Below the pieces are notes generated by a model, which was not told where the DNA came from, did not search any database, and was given only the letters and a program-made list of their open reading frames with translations. Shown here in pieces: positions 20,229 through 29,559 of a DNA stretch of 64,000 bases. Location of the stretch: assembly GCA_965261085.1 (NCBI GenBank), contig OZ253442.1, positions 1,984,001-2,048,000 on the forward strand, in the 5' to 3' direction. Each line of letters opens with the position of its first letter. Position 1 is the stretch's first letter. This stretch comes from a bacterium. GTDB taxonomy: Bacteria > UBA8248. The translations under genes were made by a program, and so were the position numbers.

Positions 20229-21038
20229 ATGAAAATCGGTTATGTGGTCGCAACGCCCGACGTGACGACGCCGCTCATGCCCGCGGTGCGCGGCGCGTTC
20301 CGGGACAATCTCACTTTTTTGGCGGATTTGGGCTTTGACGGCGTGGAACTCGCGATTCGCGACACCGCCGCTTTCGATAAGGACGAACTGCGCCGCACGC
20401 TCAAGAAATCGGGACTGGAAGTCTCCCTCATCGGCACGGCGCCGATTTCCTATCAGGACGAGATTGAACTCTGCCACCCCGACGCGGATGCGCGCGCCAA
20501 GGCCCTGGAGCGCCTTTTCGGGCACATCGATTTCGCGGGCGAGTTGGGTTGTCCGGTGAACATCGGCCGCTTCCGGGGGAATCTGCTGGAAGACGAGCGA
20601 AGAGGGGAGTCCGAAGCCTGGATGTGGGATTCGCTCCGTGCGGGTGCGGACAGGGCAGGGGAGCGCGGCATACGCATGCTCTTCGAGCCGCACCACCGCT
20701 TCAACACGAACTTCGTGCGCTCCACCCAAGATGGCCTCGCGTTTCTCGACGAAATGAACCACGAGGCGATGGGTTTTCTGATCGACAGCTTTCACATGAA
20801 CATCGAGGACGCCTCCTTCGCGGGATCGATCCGCGAGGCGGGCGCGCGGATCGATTACTTTCACATAGCAGACAACACGCGCACCTACCCGGGTTCGGGC
20901 CATATTCCCTTTGGTGAGATCATCGCCGCGCTAAAAGAGGTGGGCTATGGGGGCTATCTCTCCGCCCAGCTCGCCCAGAAGCCCGACTTCGAGACGGCGG
21001 CGACCAGAACGATGGAATATCTTAAGGCGCGCCTGTGA
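20229..21038 (+). CDS. Sugar phosphate isomerase/epimerase (IolO/xylose-isomerase-like TIM barrel)
   Basis: GFDGVEL, FEP, DSFHMNIE, HIADN, PGSGH. Confidence 0.88.
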   Translation: MKIGYVVATPDVTTPLMPAVRGAFRDNLTFLADLGFDGVELAIRDTAAFDKDELRRTLKKSGLEVSLIGTAPISYQDEIELCHPDADARAKALERLFGHIDFAGELGCPVNIGRFRGNLLEDERRGESEAWMWDSLRAGADRAGERGIRMLFEPHHRFNTNFVRSTQDGLAFLDEMNHEAMGFLIDSFHMNIEDASFAGSIREAGARIDYFHIADNTRTYPGSGHIPFGEIIAALKEVGYGGYLSAQLAQKPDFETAATRTMEYLKARL

Positions 21039-21060
21039 TTCTCGTGATTTCGGAGGTGAG

Positions 21061-21831
21061 ATGATGATAGAGCAATTCAGGATGGATGGCCGCGTCGCCC
21101 TCGTGACGGGCGGCACGTCGGGCATCGGCCTGGCGATAGGCAAGGCGCTTGCGGGGGCGGGGGCGCGGGTCGTGCTCTCGGGCCGCTCTGCCGAGCGCGG
21201 CGACGAGGCGCTGGAGGCCTTTCGGGCGGATAATCTGGATGCTGATTTCCTCTCTTGCGACGTGGCGGACTCAAGGGAGGTTTCCGCGATGGTGAGGGAG
21301 GTGGTCTCAGTCCACGGGGGGCTGAACGTTCTGGTGAACAGTGCTGCGATCAACATCGTGAAGCCGGCCCTCGACCACACGCCGGAGGATCTGGACGCGC
21401 TCCTGGCCTCGAACGTGCGCGGGGCGTTTCTGTGCGCGCAAGAGGCCGCCAGGGCGATGGTCGCTCAGGGAGGCGGCGGAAAAATCGTTCTCTTGACCTC
21501 CATGGTGGCCGAGCGCGCGGTGCCGAACCAGTCCGCCTACATCGCCACCAAGGGCGCGGTCGTCTCCTTGACGCGCGCGCTGGCGCTCGAGTGGGCGCCG
21601 CACGGGATTCAGGTGAACGCCCTGGGGCCGCAACTCACAAAAACGCCGATGACGGGCGGCTTGTTCGCCAATCCCGATAAAATGGCGGAAGTCTTCGCGC
21701 GAACGCCTGCGGGACGCGCGGGCTTGCCCGAGGATTTGACGGGAGCCGCACTCTTCCTGTGCTCTTCCGCTTCCGATTATCTCACCGGACAGCACATCAT
21801 AGTGGACGGCGGCCGCGCCGCCGCCGGGTGA
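21061..21831 (+). CDS. SDR oxidoreductase (gluconate 5-dehydrogenase/KduD-like)
   Basis: TGGTSGIG, YIATK, VDGG; SD GGAGGT before 21061. Confidence 0.9.
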   Translation: MMIEQFRMDGRVALVTGGTSGIGLAIGKALAGAGARVVLSGRSAERGDEALEAFRADNLDADFLSCDVADSREVSAMVREVVSVHGGLNVLVNSAAINIVKPALDHTPEDLDALLASNVRGAFLCAQEAARAMVAQGGGGKIVLLTSMVAERAVPNQSAYIATKGAVVSLTRALALEWAPHGIQVNALGPQLTKTPMTGGLFANPDKMAEVFARTPAGRAGLPEDLTGAALFLCSSASDYLTGQHIIVDGGRAAAG

Positions 21832-21915
21832 TATTGATGTGCCACGATTTTTGAGCGGACGACACACCCTTATAGCTTTCGCCCTTAACCCCTTTGCCCG
21901 TGTGGAGTTGCGTCT

Positions 21916-22149
21916 TCATTTTGGGGTTGGTGTGCGGGAGGATTGCAACTGCCCGGTAAGGAATTTGAGATCTCGCGCCGTGAGGTCCACCCTCTCCTCT
22001 ACTTTCTTCATGCGATCTTCAATTCCCACAAGTATGCCGTCAATTCTCCCGAGTTTTTCGCGGATGCCGCCCATTTCGCCGTAGACGAACGCGAAGGCCG
22101 CCAGAGTCGTGAGCACGACGCCCAGAAAGCCGATCCAAGTGTCTTTCAT
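21916..22149 (-). CDS. Small TM + coiled-coil hypothetical protein
   Basis: SD CAGGGAGG; N-terminal TM followed by heptad repeats. Confidence 0.6.
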   Translation of the reverse strand: MKDTWIGFLGVVLTTLAAFAFVYGEMGGIREKLGRIDGILVGIEDRMKKVEERVDLTARDLKFLTGQLQSSRTPTPK

Positions 22150-22317
22150 TCTGAATCCTCCCTGGGTCCTTGCGTTTGTGTCCACCCTCGCGTGAATCGA
22201 AAACAATATCGCAATTCGAGCCGCAACGGTCAACAGACCGCCTTAGAGGAGTTGATTCGCACCCGAACGCTCGTTGTCACTACCGCGGCTGGAAATATGC
22301 GTTCGCCCCCGCTTCGC

Positions 22318-24087
22318 CTACTCCCCCTCTTTTGGCGGAATAATCGGCAGGAGCAGATAGGGGTCGCGTCCGCCGCCGGCGTGTAAGGTCACCTTGTTGT
22401 TAAAAATCGCCGCCGGGCGGGCGTCCGGATCGTTGTGCGTCATGCCGCCCGTGCCTTTGGTGGAGTAGTGGAACTGTTTTCCGAACTCGCTGAGCTCGCC
22501 CGTGTATTCATAGTCCTTCCCGCGCACGGTGAACGCCACCTGCCAGCCGGCGGGAACGACGATGCACGAGGTGACGATCTCCACGTCGCACTCATACGTC
22601 TCGCCGGGCGTGAGCTTTTCCGCCTTGTCGTGGGGATGATAGGGGCGGTAGAAGGTGCTCTTCTCAGGGTCCAGGGCGCGGTGCGAGACGCGCAGCCAGC
22701 CGTTGGCAATCGGCGTGTGCGGGTCGGTTGAGCCCATGAAGGTGAGCTCCTTGCCGTCCGGGTCGAATACGCGGACGATGATGAACAAATCGGCGTCTTC
22801 CGTCGATGAGGAGACGAAGAGTTTGGACGCCATCGGCCCCGTGATTTCAGTTTCCTCTTCCATCGGGGGCATCCTGAACGTCACGCCCTCACCCATGCCG
22901 TCATACTCGATGGTTGTTTCTCCCGCGACGGGTTCCCTGCTGAGCGCCTTGTTCTTAAGATCGAGATAGAACTTCGTCCACTGCGTGCGCGCCAGCGGCC
23001 ATTCGTTCTCGTAGCGGTGGACGAATTTCGGCCCCGGGTGGCGGACGTTGAGCGCCACGCGCGGGGTCTCCTCCCAGCCGTTGTCGATTCCTTTCAGGAA
23101 ATAGTCGAAAAAGCGCTTTTGAAGATCCAGCCCGTAGGCGCTCGAAAAGAGCGACCAATGCGAATCCCCGTGGGTTTCCAGCCACTTCTGCTCGGAGGGC
23201 GTTTCGATATAGCCGTTGAAATTCCCGCGCGGGTGAATGCCTTGTCCGCCCCAGTTCGCGCAGGTGAGAAGCGGCAGGGTGACTTTCGAGAGGTCGCCTG
23301 AGCGGTCCCGGTGCCACTGATCGTCGAAGGGATGTTTTTTGAGCTCCTGGAAAGCGTTGATGCGGTTTTGCGCGAGTTGTTCTTCCGTGAGCGTGACGGG
23401 GCCTGCGGCGGATTCTCCCGTCACGGGGTGTTTCCTCGCGTTCTCACCGCGTCCGTACTGGACGTTCATCACCTGGACCTTGGACCACTGCTCGGTGAAC
23501 TGGCTCAGGATGCCCCCGTGATAGCCCGAATCGCGGTAGGTGTCGTTCCCGCCCTCCCAGGGGATGATGGCGGTGAGGTGGGGGGGCTTTCGGCCCGCGA
23601 TGCGCCACTGGTTGCGCGAGTAGTAGGAGATGCCCAGCATCCCCACCTTGCCGTTGCTCCACTCCTGCACGCCCGCCCACTCGATGCACTCATAGAGGTC
23701 GTCGATCTCCCGGGGCGAGTTGGGCTGCATGAAGCCGGGAGACCAGCCCGCCCCGCGCGAGTCCACGCGAACGCAGACGTAGCCGTGCGGAATCCAGCAC
23801 TCGGGGTCCGTCACCTCCCAGTTCTGGTATTTGTTGGTGGACATTTCGAGAATTTCCGGATAATCCACCACCATCTTGTTCCACTGGTGGTGATAGCCCT
23901 CCTGGTAGGCCACCCCCTTGGCGTAGATGCCGTAGGTCAGGATGACGGGGTATTTCCCCTCCTCGATGGGCCGGAAAACGTCGGCGCGAAGCACGAGGCC
24001 GTCGTCCATCTCGATGGGCTGGTGCCAGGTGATTCGCATTCCGTCGCGATCCTCGGTTCGTGTGTTTACTTGGGGGGCCTCACTCAT
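22318..24087 (-). CDS. CocE/NonD family hydrolase
   Basis: DSRGAGWSPG, WSNGKVGMLGISY, PepX_C-like C-terminus. Confidence 0.92.
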   Translation of the reverse strand: MSEAPQVNTRTEDRDGMRITWHQPIEMDDGLVLRADVFRPIEEGKYPVILTYGIYAKGVAYQEGYHHQWNKMVVDYPEILEMSTNKYQNWEVTDPECWIPHGYVCVRVDSRGAGWSPGFMQPNSPREIDDLYECIEWAGVQEWSNGKVGMLGISYYSRNQWRIAGRKPPHLTAIIPWEGGNDTYRDSGYHGGILSQFTEQWSKVQVMNVQYGRGENARKHPVTGESAAGPVTLTEEQLAQNRINAFQELKKHPFDDQWHRDRSGDLSKVTLPLLTCANWGGQGIHPRGNFNGYIETPSEQKWLETHGDSHWSLFSSAYGLDLQKRFFDYFLKGIDNGWEETPRVALNVRHPGPKFVHRYENEWPLARTQWTKFYLDLKNKALSREPVAGETTIEYDGMGEGVTFRMPPMEEETEITGPMASKLFVSSSTEDADLFIIVRVFDPDGKELTFMGSTDPHTPIANGWLRVSHRALDPEKSTFYRPYHPHDKAEKLTPGETYECDVEIVTSCIVVPAGWQVAFTVRGKDYEYTGELSEFGKQFHYSTKGTGGMTHNDPDARPAAIFNNKVTLHAGGGRDPYLLLPIIPPKEGE

Positions 24088-24152
24088 GCGTAGTTCCTTT
24101 CATTGGCTTTGAAAAAACGGATTCTCATCATTTTGTTCCGGTTGCGCCGCGC

Positions 24153-24863
24153 CTAGACGCTGATGGAATCGCCCGGCTCCATCACGGTTATCTCCGGCGA
24201 AAGTCCCCGCGCCGCGACTTCTTCTGCGAACTGCTCCGGCGTGCCCGTGAGCGGCGGGAAGGTCGAATGGTGGATGGGCACGACCCGCTGTGCGCCTAAG
24301 AGCTCGACGGCCAGGGCCGCCTCGCGCGGGTCCATCGTGAACCGGCTGCCGATGGGCAGGAGGCACAGATCGGGCGCATACAGGTCGCCGATGATCTTCA
24401 TGTCGCCGAAAACGGCGGTATCCCCCGCGTGGTAGACCCTCTTGCCATCCTCGAAGGTCAAAATGAGGCCCGCAGGCTCTCCGGCGTAGACGCCCGGATC
24501 GTTATAGCTCGAACTGTGCATGGCGTGGGTGAGCGTGACGCCGATGCCGCCGAAATCCACCGTGCCGCCCTTGCCCATCGCCCCCGCGTGCTCTTCGGCA
24601 AAACCCTCGTTCTGGGCGATCAGGTTCACCAGCTCATAGGGGCCCGCCACCGGACATCCGCCCTGGCCGTACACGTCCATGACGGCGGCGATGTGATCGA
24701 AATGGCCGTGGGTGAGGGCGATCAAGTCCGCTTTCTGCGGGCTTTGCTGATCCTCGGGGCAGCGCGGGTTTCCGTTGAGCCAGGGGTCGATGTAGAACGT
24801 CTGGCCCCCGTTTGACTGCCCGATGAAAGTGGAATGTCCCAGATATGTGAGAGTTGCGCCCAT
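24153..24863 (-). CDS. Metal-dependent hydrolase (UPF0173-like MBL fold)
   Basis: YLGHSTF, THGHFDH, YHAGDT, LPIG, PIHH. Confidence 0.9.
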   Translation of the reverse strand: MGATLTYLGHSTFIGQSNGGQTFYIDPWLNGNPRCPEDQQSPQKADLIALTHGHFDHIAAVMDVYGQGGCPVAGPYELVNLIAQNEGFAEEHAGAMGKGGTVDFGGIGVTLTHAMHSSSYNDPGVYAGEPAGLILTFEDGKRVYHAGDTAVFGDMKIIGDLYAPDLCLLPIGSRFTMDPREAALAVELLGAQRVVPIHHSTFPPLTGTPEQFAEEVAARGLSPEITVMEPGDSISV

Positions 24864-25052
24864 GATAATCCTCCGTATCGGTTTGCGGGTTTCGGCATCG
24901 ACCGCAAGCGGGCTTCTTTTGCGGCGTCGGTTTGTGTTCCAATGCTCAAAGAATCGAATGTTCGAATTCGGCGCATTATAGTCCCGAATATCTCTTCGTG
25001 AAAGAGTTTGCGGGGGTTTAGCGTCATTCCGGGTTTTCGGGCGCGCGTGAGG

Positions 25053-25535
25053 ATGAAAAGCGTGAAGACAAGGCCCATGAGAATCGACGACGTAGAGCAG
25101 GTGTACGCCATCGAGCAACGCTCCTTTCCGCTTCCGTGGTCGAGAGAAAGTTTTATCCGGGAGATATGCGAGATCGATAATTCCCACCTTCTTGTCGTGA
25201 CGGAAGATGGAGACCGCTCAGGCTCCCCCGAAGACTCAGGCGCCGGCGTGATGGGTTACGCCTGCTGGTGGGAGGTGGTGGGTGAGTGTCACGTCACGAA
25301 TTTCGCGGTCGCGCCCGCACACAGGCGAAGGGGGGTGGCTGATTTCCTGCTCGAAAGAATTCTCGAGGACGCGAGGGGTAGGGGCCTCGTTCGCGCGACG
25401 CTCGAGGTGCGCCTGGGCAACGCCGCCGCCATCGCCTTGTATGAGAAATGGGGGTTCACGGCGGCGGCCATGCGCCCGCGCTATTATCCCGACAACCGCG
25501 AAGACGCCCTGGTGATGTGGAAAGAAAGAATTTGA
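25053..25535 (+). CDS. rimI: Ribosomal protein S18 alanine N-acetyltransferase
   Basis: IEQRSFPLPWS, AVAPAHRRRG, LEVR..N..A..LY, YY...EDALVM. Confidence 0.9.
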   Translation: MKSVKTRPMRIDDVEQVYAIEQRSFPLPWSRESFIREICEIDNSHLLVVTEDGDRSGSPEDSGAGVMGYACWWEVVGECHVTNFAVAPAHRRRGVADFLLERILEDARGRGLVRATLEVRLGNAAAIALYEKWGFTAAAMRPRYYPDNREDALVMWKERI

Positions 25536-25631
25536 AGCGGCACTTAAATCTCTAATGACAAACATATTGTAATTTGTTAGATTAGGCGCGCGTGACATGG
25601 ATTCACGCCCAAAAAGAGCGCGGGATTTCTC

Positions 25632-26255
25632 ATGATTTCCTTCACCATGCCCGATATCGCCATCGCCATCCTCGTCGGTGGGTTCCTCATTCGCGGTTGC
25701 GTGCGCGGTTTTTTTCGCGAAGCATTCTCCGTGGTCGCGCTCGGAATCGCGGTTCTCATCACCATGCAGTTCAGCGGCCTCGCGCTCTCTTACGCCTCCT
25801 ATTTCCTCGGGGAGAGGGCCTGGCTCGATTCGCTCACCAAACCGATGCTCTTCCTGGGCTCATGGGTGATTTCCGCCTGGTTCTTCCGCATGATGTTCGG
25901 CGTTTTGTCGATCGCCGCGCCCGCATTGTTCTCGCGGCTCGGCGGCGGCCTCTTCGGGTGCGTCAAGGGGGCCTTTTTCGTCGGCCTGGGGTTGACGGCT
26001 CTCGATGCCCATGCACCCGGCTTTTCGCCCGGCAGCGGCGGCGGACATACGCTCGTGCCCTATATGCGGCAGGTGAGCGCCTATATCGAAAGGCTCGACC
26101 TCGTGGATATCGAGGAGAAGATAAACGCCGTCAAGGAGAAACTCGACGAGAAGCTCGACTCGGCCAAAGAGGGCGTCCAGAGCATGAAGAATAAACTCGA
26201 TGGCGGGGCGAGCGGCGCGAGCGGGGAGGGCGGGGTAAGGGAGTTGAAGAGGTAG
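25632..26255 (+). CDS. cvpA: CvpA (colicin V production) family membrane protein
   Basis: RGCVRGFFRE, RLGGGLFGCVKG. Confidence 0.82.
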   Translation: MISFTMPDIAIAILVGGFLIRGCVRGFFREAFSVVALGIAVLITMQFSGLALSYASYFLGERAWLDSLTKPMLFLGSWVISAWFFRMMFGVLSIAAPALFSRLGGGLFGCVKGAFFVGLGLTALDAHAPGFSPGSGGGHTLVPYMRQVSAYIERLDLVDIEEKINAVKEKLDEKLDSAKEGVQSMKNKLDGGASGASGEGGVRELKR

Positions 26256-26431
26256 GGGGGGTAGGCTAGTTAATGTGATGAGTGAGTGAAAATCTGATAA
26301 CGGTCATTTCAGTTTGACTCCTTGTAACTCCACAATGTCACAACAAGATTCGCAAAAAGTTTGCTTGAGCTACATCTTGCATTCTAAGTGAGGGATGCGG
26401 AGTTAATTCTCGACATGAAAGGCGATGCCAC

Positions 26432-27676
26432 ATGACATGGGGCGGTTCTCTACAAAGGAATTATCTGTTTTCAGAATATGAAATATCTTCCCTGCTTACA
26501 GGGCAGGAGAAAGCTGTGCGCGACGAGGTTGCTTCCATTGATGGGAATCGTCTGCTCAACACAAGCGTTGACGACTTATGTGGATACTTCGTTAAAAAAT
26601 ATAGACTTCATCCACCTATCTTGTTGGAGGATAAGGCTGTCGTCGATCCGCAAGAAACGCAGATCGATGTCAGTCAGGACCCTGACCGCTTTGTTCGGGA
26701 TCCCTCGCGTCCACTCTACGTAACTGGTACTCGGGTCACATTTGAAATCCCTATTGAAGGGGACGCCAATTTCTTCAAGGTCCAAGCCAGCACTTCTACC
26801 TATTCACCTCCCGTAGCTGATATCCAGGGCAACACCCTTTTGCTGAGTGTATCTGGAACTAATCTAACCCCCGAGGGTACGAAATCCCAGATAGATCGAT
26901 CGCTGGATGAAATAAAACAGCATCTTGGTTGGATTGAAAACGATGTGAAGCCGTTTAATGAGCGACTCGAATCCTTGGCGAGGGAAGCAATTAAAGCTCG
27001 TCGACAGAAATTGCTCGCTGATCAAAATCTGGTCGCCTCTCTTGGATTTCCATTAAAACGACGTGACGATGCTCCAACAACCTATGTGGCACCCGAAGTG
27101 CGTCGCAAGGCCATTCCAGAGTTGCCAAAGGCAAGTTCGACCCCATTCCAACCTGAGCCCGAACTTGATATGGAGAACTATGAGCACATACTGAAAGTGT
27201 GTTCCAACATGGTGCAGGTCATGGAGCGGAGCCCGAGCGCGTTCCCGGACATGAAGGAGGAAGATCTTCGGACCCACTTTTTGGTTCAGTTGAACGGTCA
27301 TTATGAAGGAAAGGCTACAGGAGAAACCTTCAATTTTTCAGGCAAGACAGATATATTGATTCGGGAGCAAGATCGGAACATCTTCATCGCTGAGTGCAAA
27401 TTTTGGAGCGGTCCGAAGGGATTGCTTGAGACTATTGATCAAATCCTTGGCTACGCGAATTGGCGCGACACCAAGACGGCCATTCTGCTCTTTAACCGCA
27501 ATAAGAACTTCAGCCGGATTTTGGAGGAAATTCCCAAAATTGTTGAAAGCCACCCTAAATGTAAACGTCAGCGGGAATATGCATCGGAAACCAGTTTCAG
27601 GTTTACCTTAGGGCATAAAGATGACGAAAATCGCGAACTCCTTTTGACAATTTTCGCGTTTAATGTCCCGAAGTGA
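26432..27676 (+). CDS. Hypothetical protein with C-terminal PD-(D/E)xK nuclease domain
   Basis: AT-richer; E...GKTDILI...IAECKFW...DQILGY. Confidence 0.75.
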   Translation: MTWGGSLQRNYLFSEYEISSLLTGQEKAVRDEVASIDGNRLLNTSVDDLCGYFVKKYRLHPPILLEDKAVVDPQETQIDVSQDPDRFVRDPSRPLYVTGTRVTFEIPIEGDANFFKVQASTSTYSPPVADIQGNTLLLSVSGTNLTPEGTKSQIDRSLDEIKQHLGWIENDVKPFNERLESLAREAIKARRQKLLADQNLVASLGFPLKRRDDAPTTYVAPEVRRKAIPELPKASSTPFQPEPELDMENYEHILKVCSNMVQVMERSPSAFPDMKEEDLRTHFLVQLNGHYEGKATGETFNFSGKTDILIREQDRNIFIAECKFWSGPKGLLETIDQILGYANWRDTKTAILLFNRNKNFSRILEEIPKIVESHPKCKRQREYASETSFRFTLGHKDDENRELLLTIFAFNVPK

Positions 27677-27710
27677 TACTTGGTTAAAGTGGGGATCGCG
27701 TGAAAAAACG

Positions 27711-27740
27711 CAATCCCTCCCTCCTCGGTCAGTATTGGCC
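27711..27740 (+). repeat. Copy of dispersed 7-13-7 motif
   Basis: CAATCCC-TCCCTCCTCGGTC-AGTATTG-GCC, 3 bp from vapC stop. Confidence 0.7.
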
Positions 27741-27743
27741 CCC

Positions 27744-28151
27744 TCAACACCCCATCACTTGCGCGTGGCCCTGCCCGCCGTATTCGAGCAGGCGGGCGTC
27801 GCGCGTCACCAGCGTGTAGCCGAACTCCCGAACCGTGGCGAGGAGAATGCGGTCTGCCGGGTCGGCGGGAGGGTCGCCGGGGAGGCCGGCCGAAGCGATC
27901 AGCACCGAAGGCGGCAACTCGGCCAGCGCGACGCTAGGCAACGCGCAGAAGCGCTCGAACCAGATATCGGGACTCATGGCGAGCGCGATTTTTCCCTTCG
28001 CGGCGAGGGTGGCGATTTCCCGTGCGCTCATGGGGGAGACGAAAAGCTCTCCATCACGCGCTTTGGGCAATTCGCTCGCGGCGGGCTCAAGGAGGCGCGC
28101 GCCTTCGGCAATCCAAATCACCGCGCAGGTATCGAGGAGAAAGGCAGGCAT
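27744..28151 (-). CDS. vapC: VapC PIN-domain toxin
   Basis: LLDT, E, DPADRIL, LVTRD. Confidence 0.9.
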   Translation of the reverse strand: MPAFLLDTCAVIWIAEGARLLEPAASELPKARDGELFVSPMSAREIATLAAKGKIALAMSPDIWFERFCALPSVALAELPPSVLIASAGLPGDPPADPADRILLATVREFGYTLVTRDARLLEYGGQGHAQVMGC

Positions 28152-28157
28152 GGTGGG

Positions 28158-28562
28158 CTATCGCGCGGCGTCCCATTCCTCATCGGCGGGGGAAGTCAAG
28201 TCTACGCCCGGCGCGATCGTCACCGTGCCCTTGAGCGCACCGAAGATAGTCGGGAAATAACCGGCATCGGTCGCTTCTGAGGTGTCGGCCCCGTTTGGAG
28301 CTTCTCGCCCGTGGCTGGTCTTTGTCGATGATTTTCGGAATACCAGTTTGCGGCCCGCCATGTCCACCGTCTTGTAGCCCGCATCGATCCAGGCGTGGGT
28401 GATGACGCTGTTCGTGGGGTTGTTCGACCACCACGCGCGATACTTGAAGGCCGAAGGCGGCAGCTTCACTCCGACGATGCGCTCGATTCCATCGAACGAG
28501 ATGGGCACCGACGCCCGCCCGGATGCGCGAAGATGAGCCGTCAAAGGTTCGTATTTGGACAT
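28158..28562 (-). CDS. Putative antitoxin: KYxPL...WWSN domain (DUF7662-like) plus VapB-type C-terminal tail
   Basis: Directly upstream of vapC; tail IFGALKGTVTIAPGVDLTSPADEEW typical of VapC-binding antitoxin tails. Confidence 0.7.
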   Translation of the reverse strand: MSKYEPLTAHLRASGRASVPISFDGIERIVGVKLPPSAFKYRAWWSNNPTNSVITHAWIDAGYKTVDMAGRKLVFRKSSTKTSHGREAPNGADTSEATDAGYFPTIFGALKGTVTIAPGVDLTSPADEEWDAAR

Positions 28563-28584
28563 GGAGGAGGCTCCGAATAGTTAG

Positions 28585-28621
28585 TGTTGATTTTTTTTTA
28601 ACAAATCAACATATCTGTCAA
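28585..28621 (-). promoter_or_regulatory. TA promoter with palindromic operator
   Basis: TTGACA at 28616-28621 (minus); TGTTGATTT-N9-AAATCAACA at 28585-28611. Confidence 0.6.
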
Positions 28622-28699
28622 ATGAAAACGATAGCTTTCGTTTCGGTGGGTGGTTCTCTGATGAGCGAAGTCGCCTCGCCTAAGCGCCACGCCCTGCGC

Positions 28700-29107
28700 T
28701 CATGAACTCAATGTCTCCACCAACACCGCTCCTTCCATCTGCGCCGCTCCCCTGTCGAAGGTGTAGAGGGGGGCGGCTCCGCGCCGGTTGGCGGCCGCTA
28801 CGATCATGAGGTCGGAAAAACCGGGGCCGCCTCTCCGGTAGCTGAAGGCGGCGCGGGCCACGTCGTCGGCCGCCTCGAGTTCTAATTCCTCGGTGGCGAC
28901 CAACTCTTCCAGCACCGCCGCAATCCGCTCACGGGAGAACCGATACGCCCGCTCCAGCACCCAGACGAGTTCGACCGCAACCTCGCGGCAGACGAAACCG
29001 GGCCTCTCGGCGGTAAGCCCCGCCAGCAACGCTTGGGCCGCTTCGGCCTGCCCCGCGTCGTCGGCCACCAAGTACCGGACCAGGACGTTCGTATCGAGCG
29101 CGATCAC
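28700..29107 (-). CDS. vapC: VapC PIN-domain toxin
   Basis: MIALDTNVLVRYL, FSD, LYTFD. Confidence 0.9.
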   Translation of the reverse strand: MIALDTNVLVRYLVADDAGQAEAAQALLAGLTAERPGFVCREVAVELVWVLERAYRFSRERIAAVLEELVATEELELEAADDVARAAFSYRRGGPGFSDLMIVAAANRRGAAPLYTFDRGAAQMEGAVLVETLSS

Positions 29108-29337
29108 GCCTCACCGGCCCCTTCGGCGATAGCGCGCTCCATGTCTTCCAGTGTTCTGGGCGGGCCGTCGTGTTTGAGCGCGCCGAACAGCCGGGCGAGG
29201 GGCCGTACCGGCAGAATGCGCACCTCATCGCCCGAGACGACGTAGCGCACGCGATCACCGGGCCGCACGCCGAGCGCCTCCCGTACGGACTTTGGCAGCG
29301 TCGTCTGGCCCTTGGACGTAATCGTGGATTCAATCAT
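29104..29337 (-). CDS. AbrB/MazE-family antitoxin
   Basis: ITSKGQTTLPKSVREALGVRPGD; GTGA overlap with toxin. Confidence 0.9.
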   Translation of the reverse strand: MIESTITSKGQTTLPKSVREALGVRPGDRVRYVVSGDEVRILPVRPLARLFGALKHDGPPRTLEDMERAIAEGAGEA

Positions 29338-29559
29338 CTGCGGAACCCTCCTATTCCTTACAATATATAATAATGCCTTACTTTATGTAAATTACAAGGA
29401 GAAATGGAATTCGAGTTTCCCTCTCATATGCATAGGAGTAATCCAGTGCGATTTGAGGTCATGCCCGATTCAAGGGGTACTTCACCAAGCCGCCATGCAT
29501 TACTCCGCATTCGCCGTGGTGGGGTTTTCGTCGGGATGGGGCACAATCCCTTCCTCATC

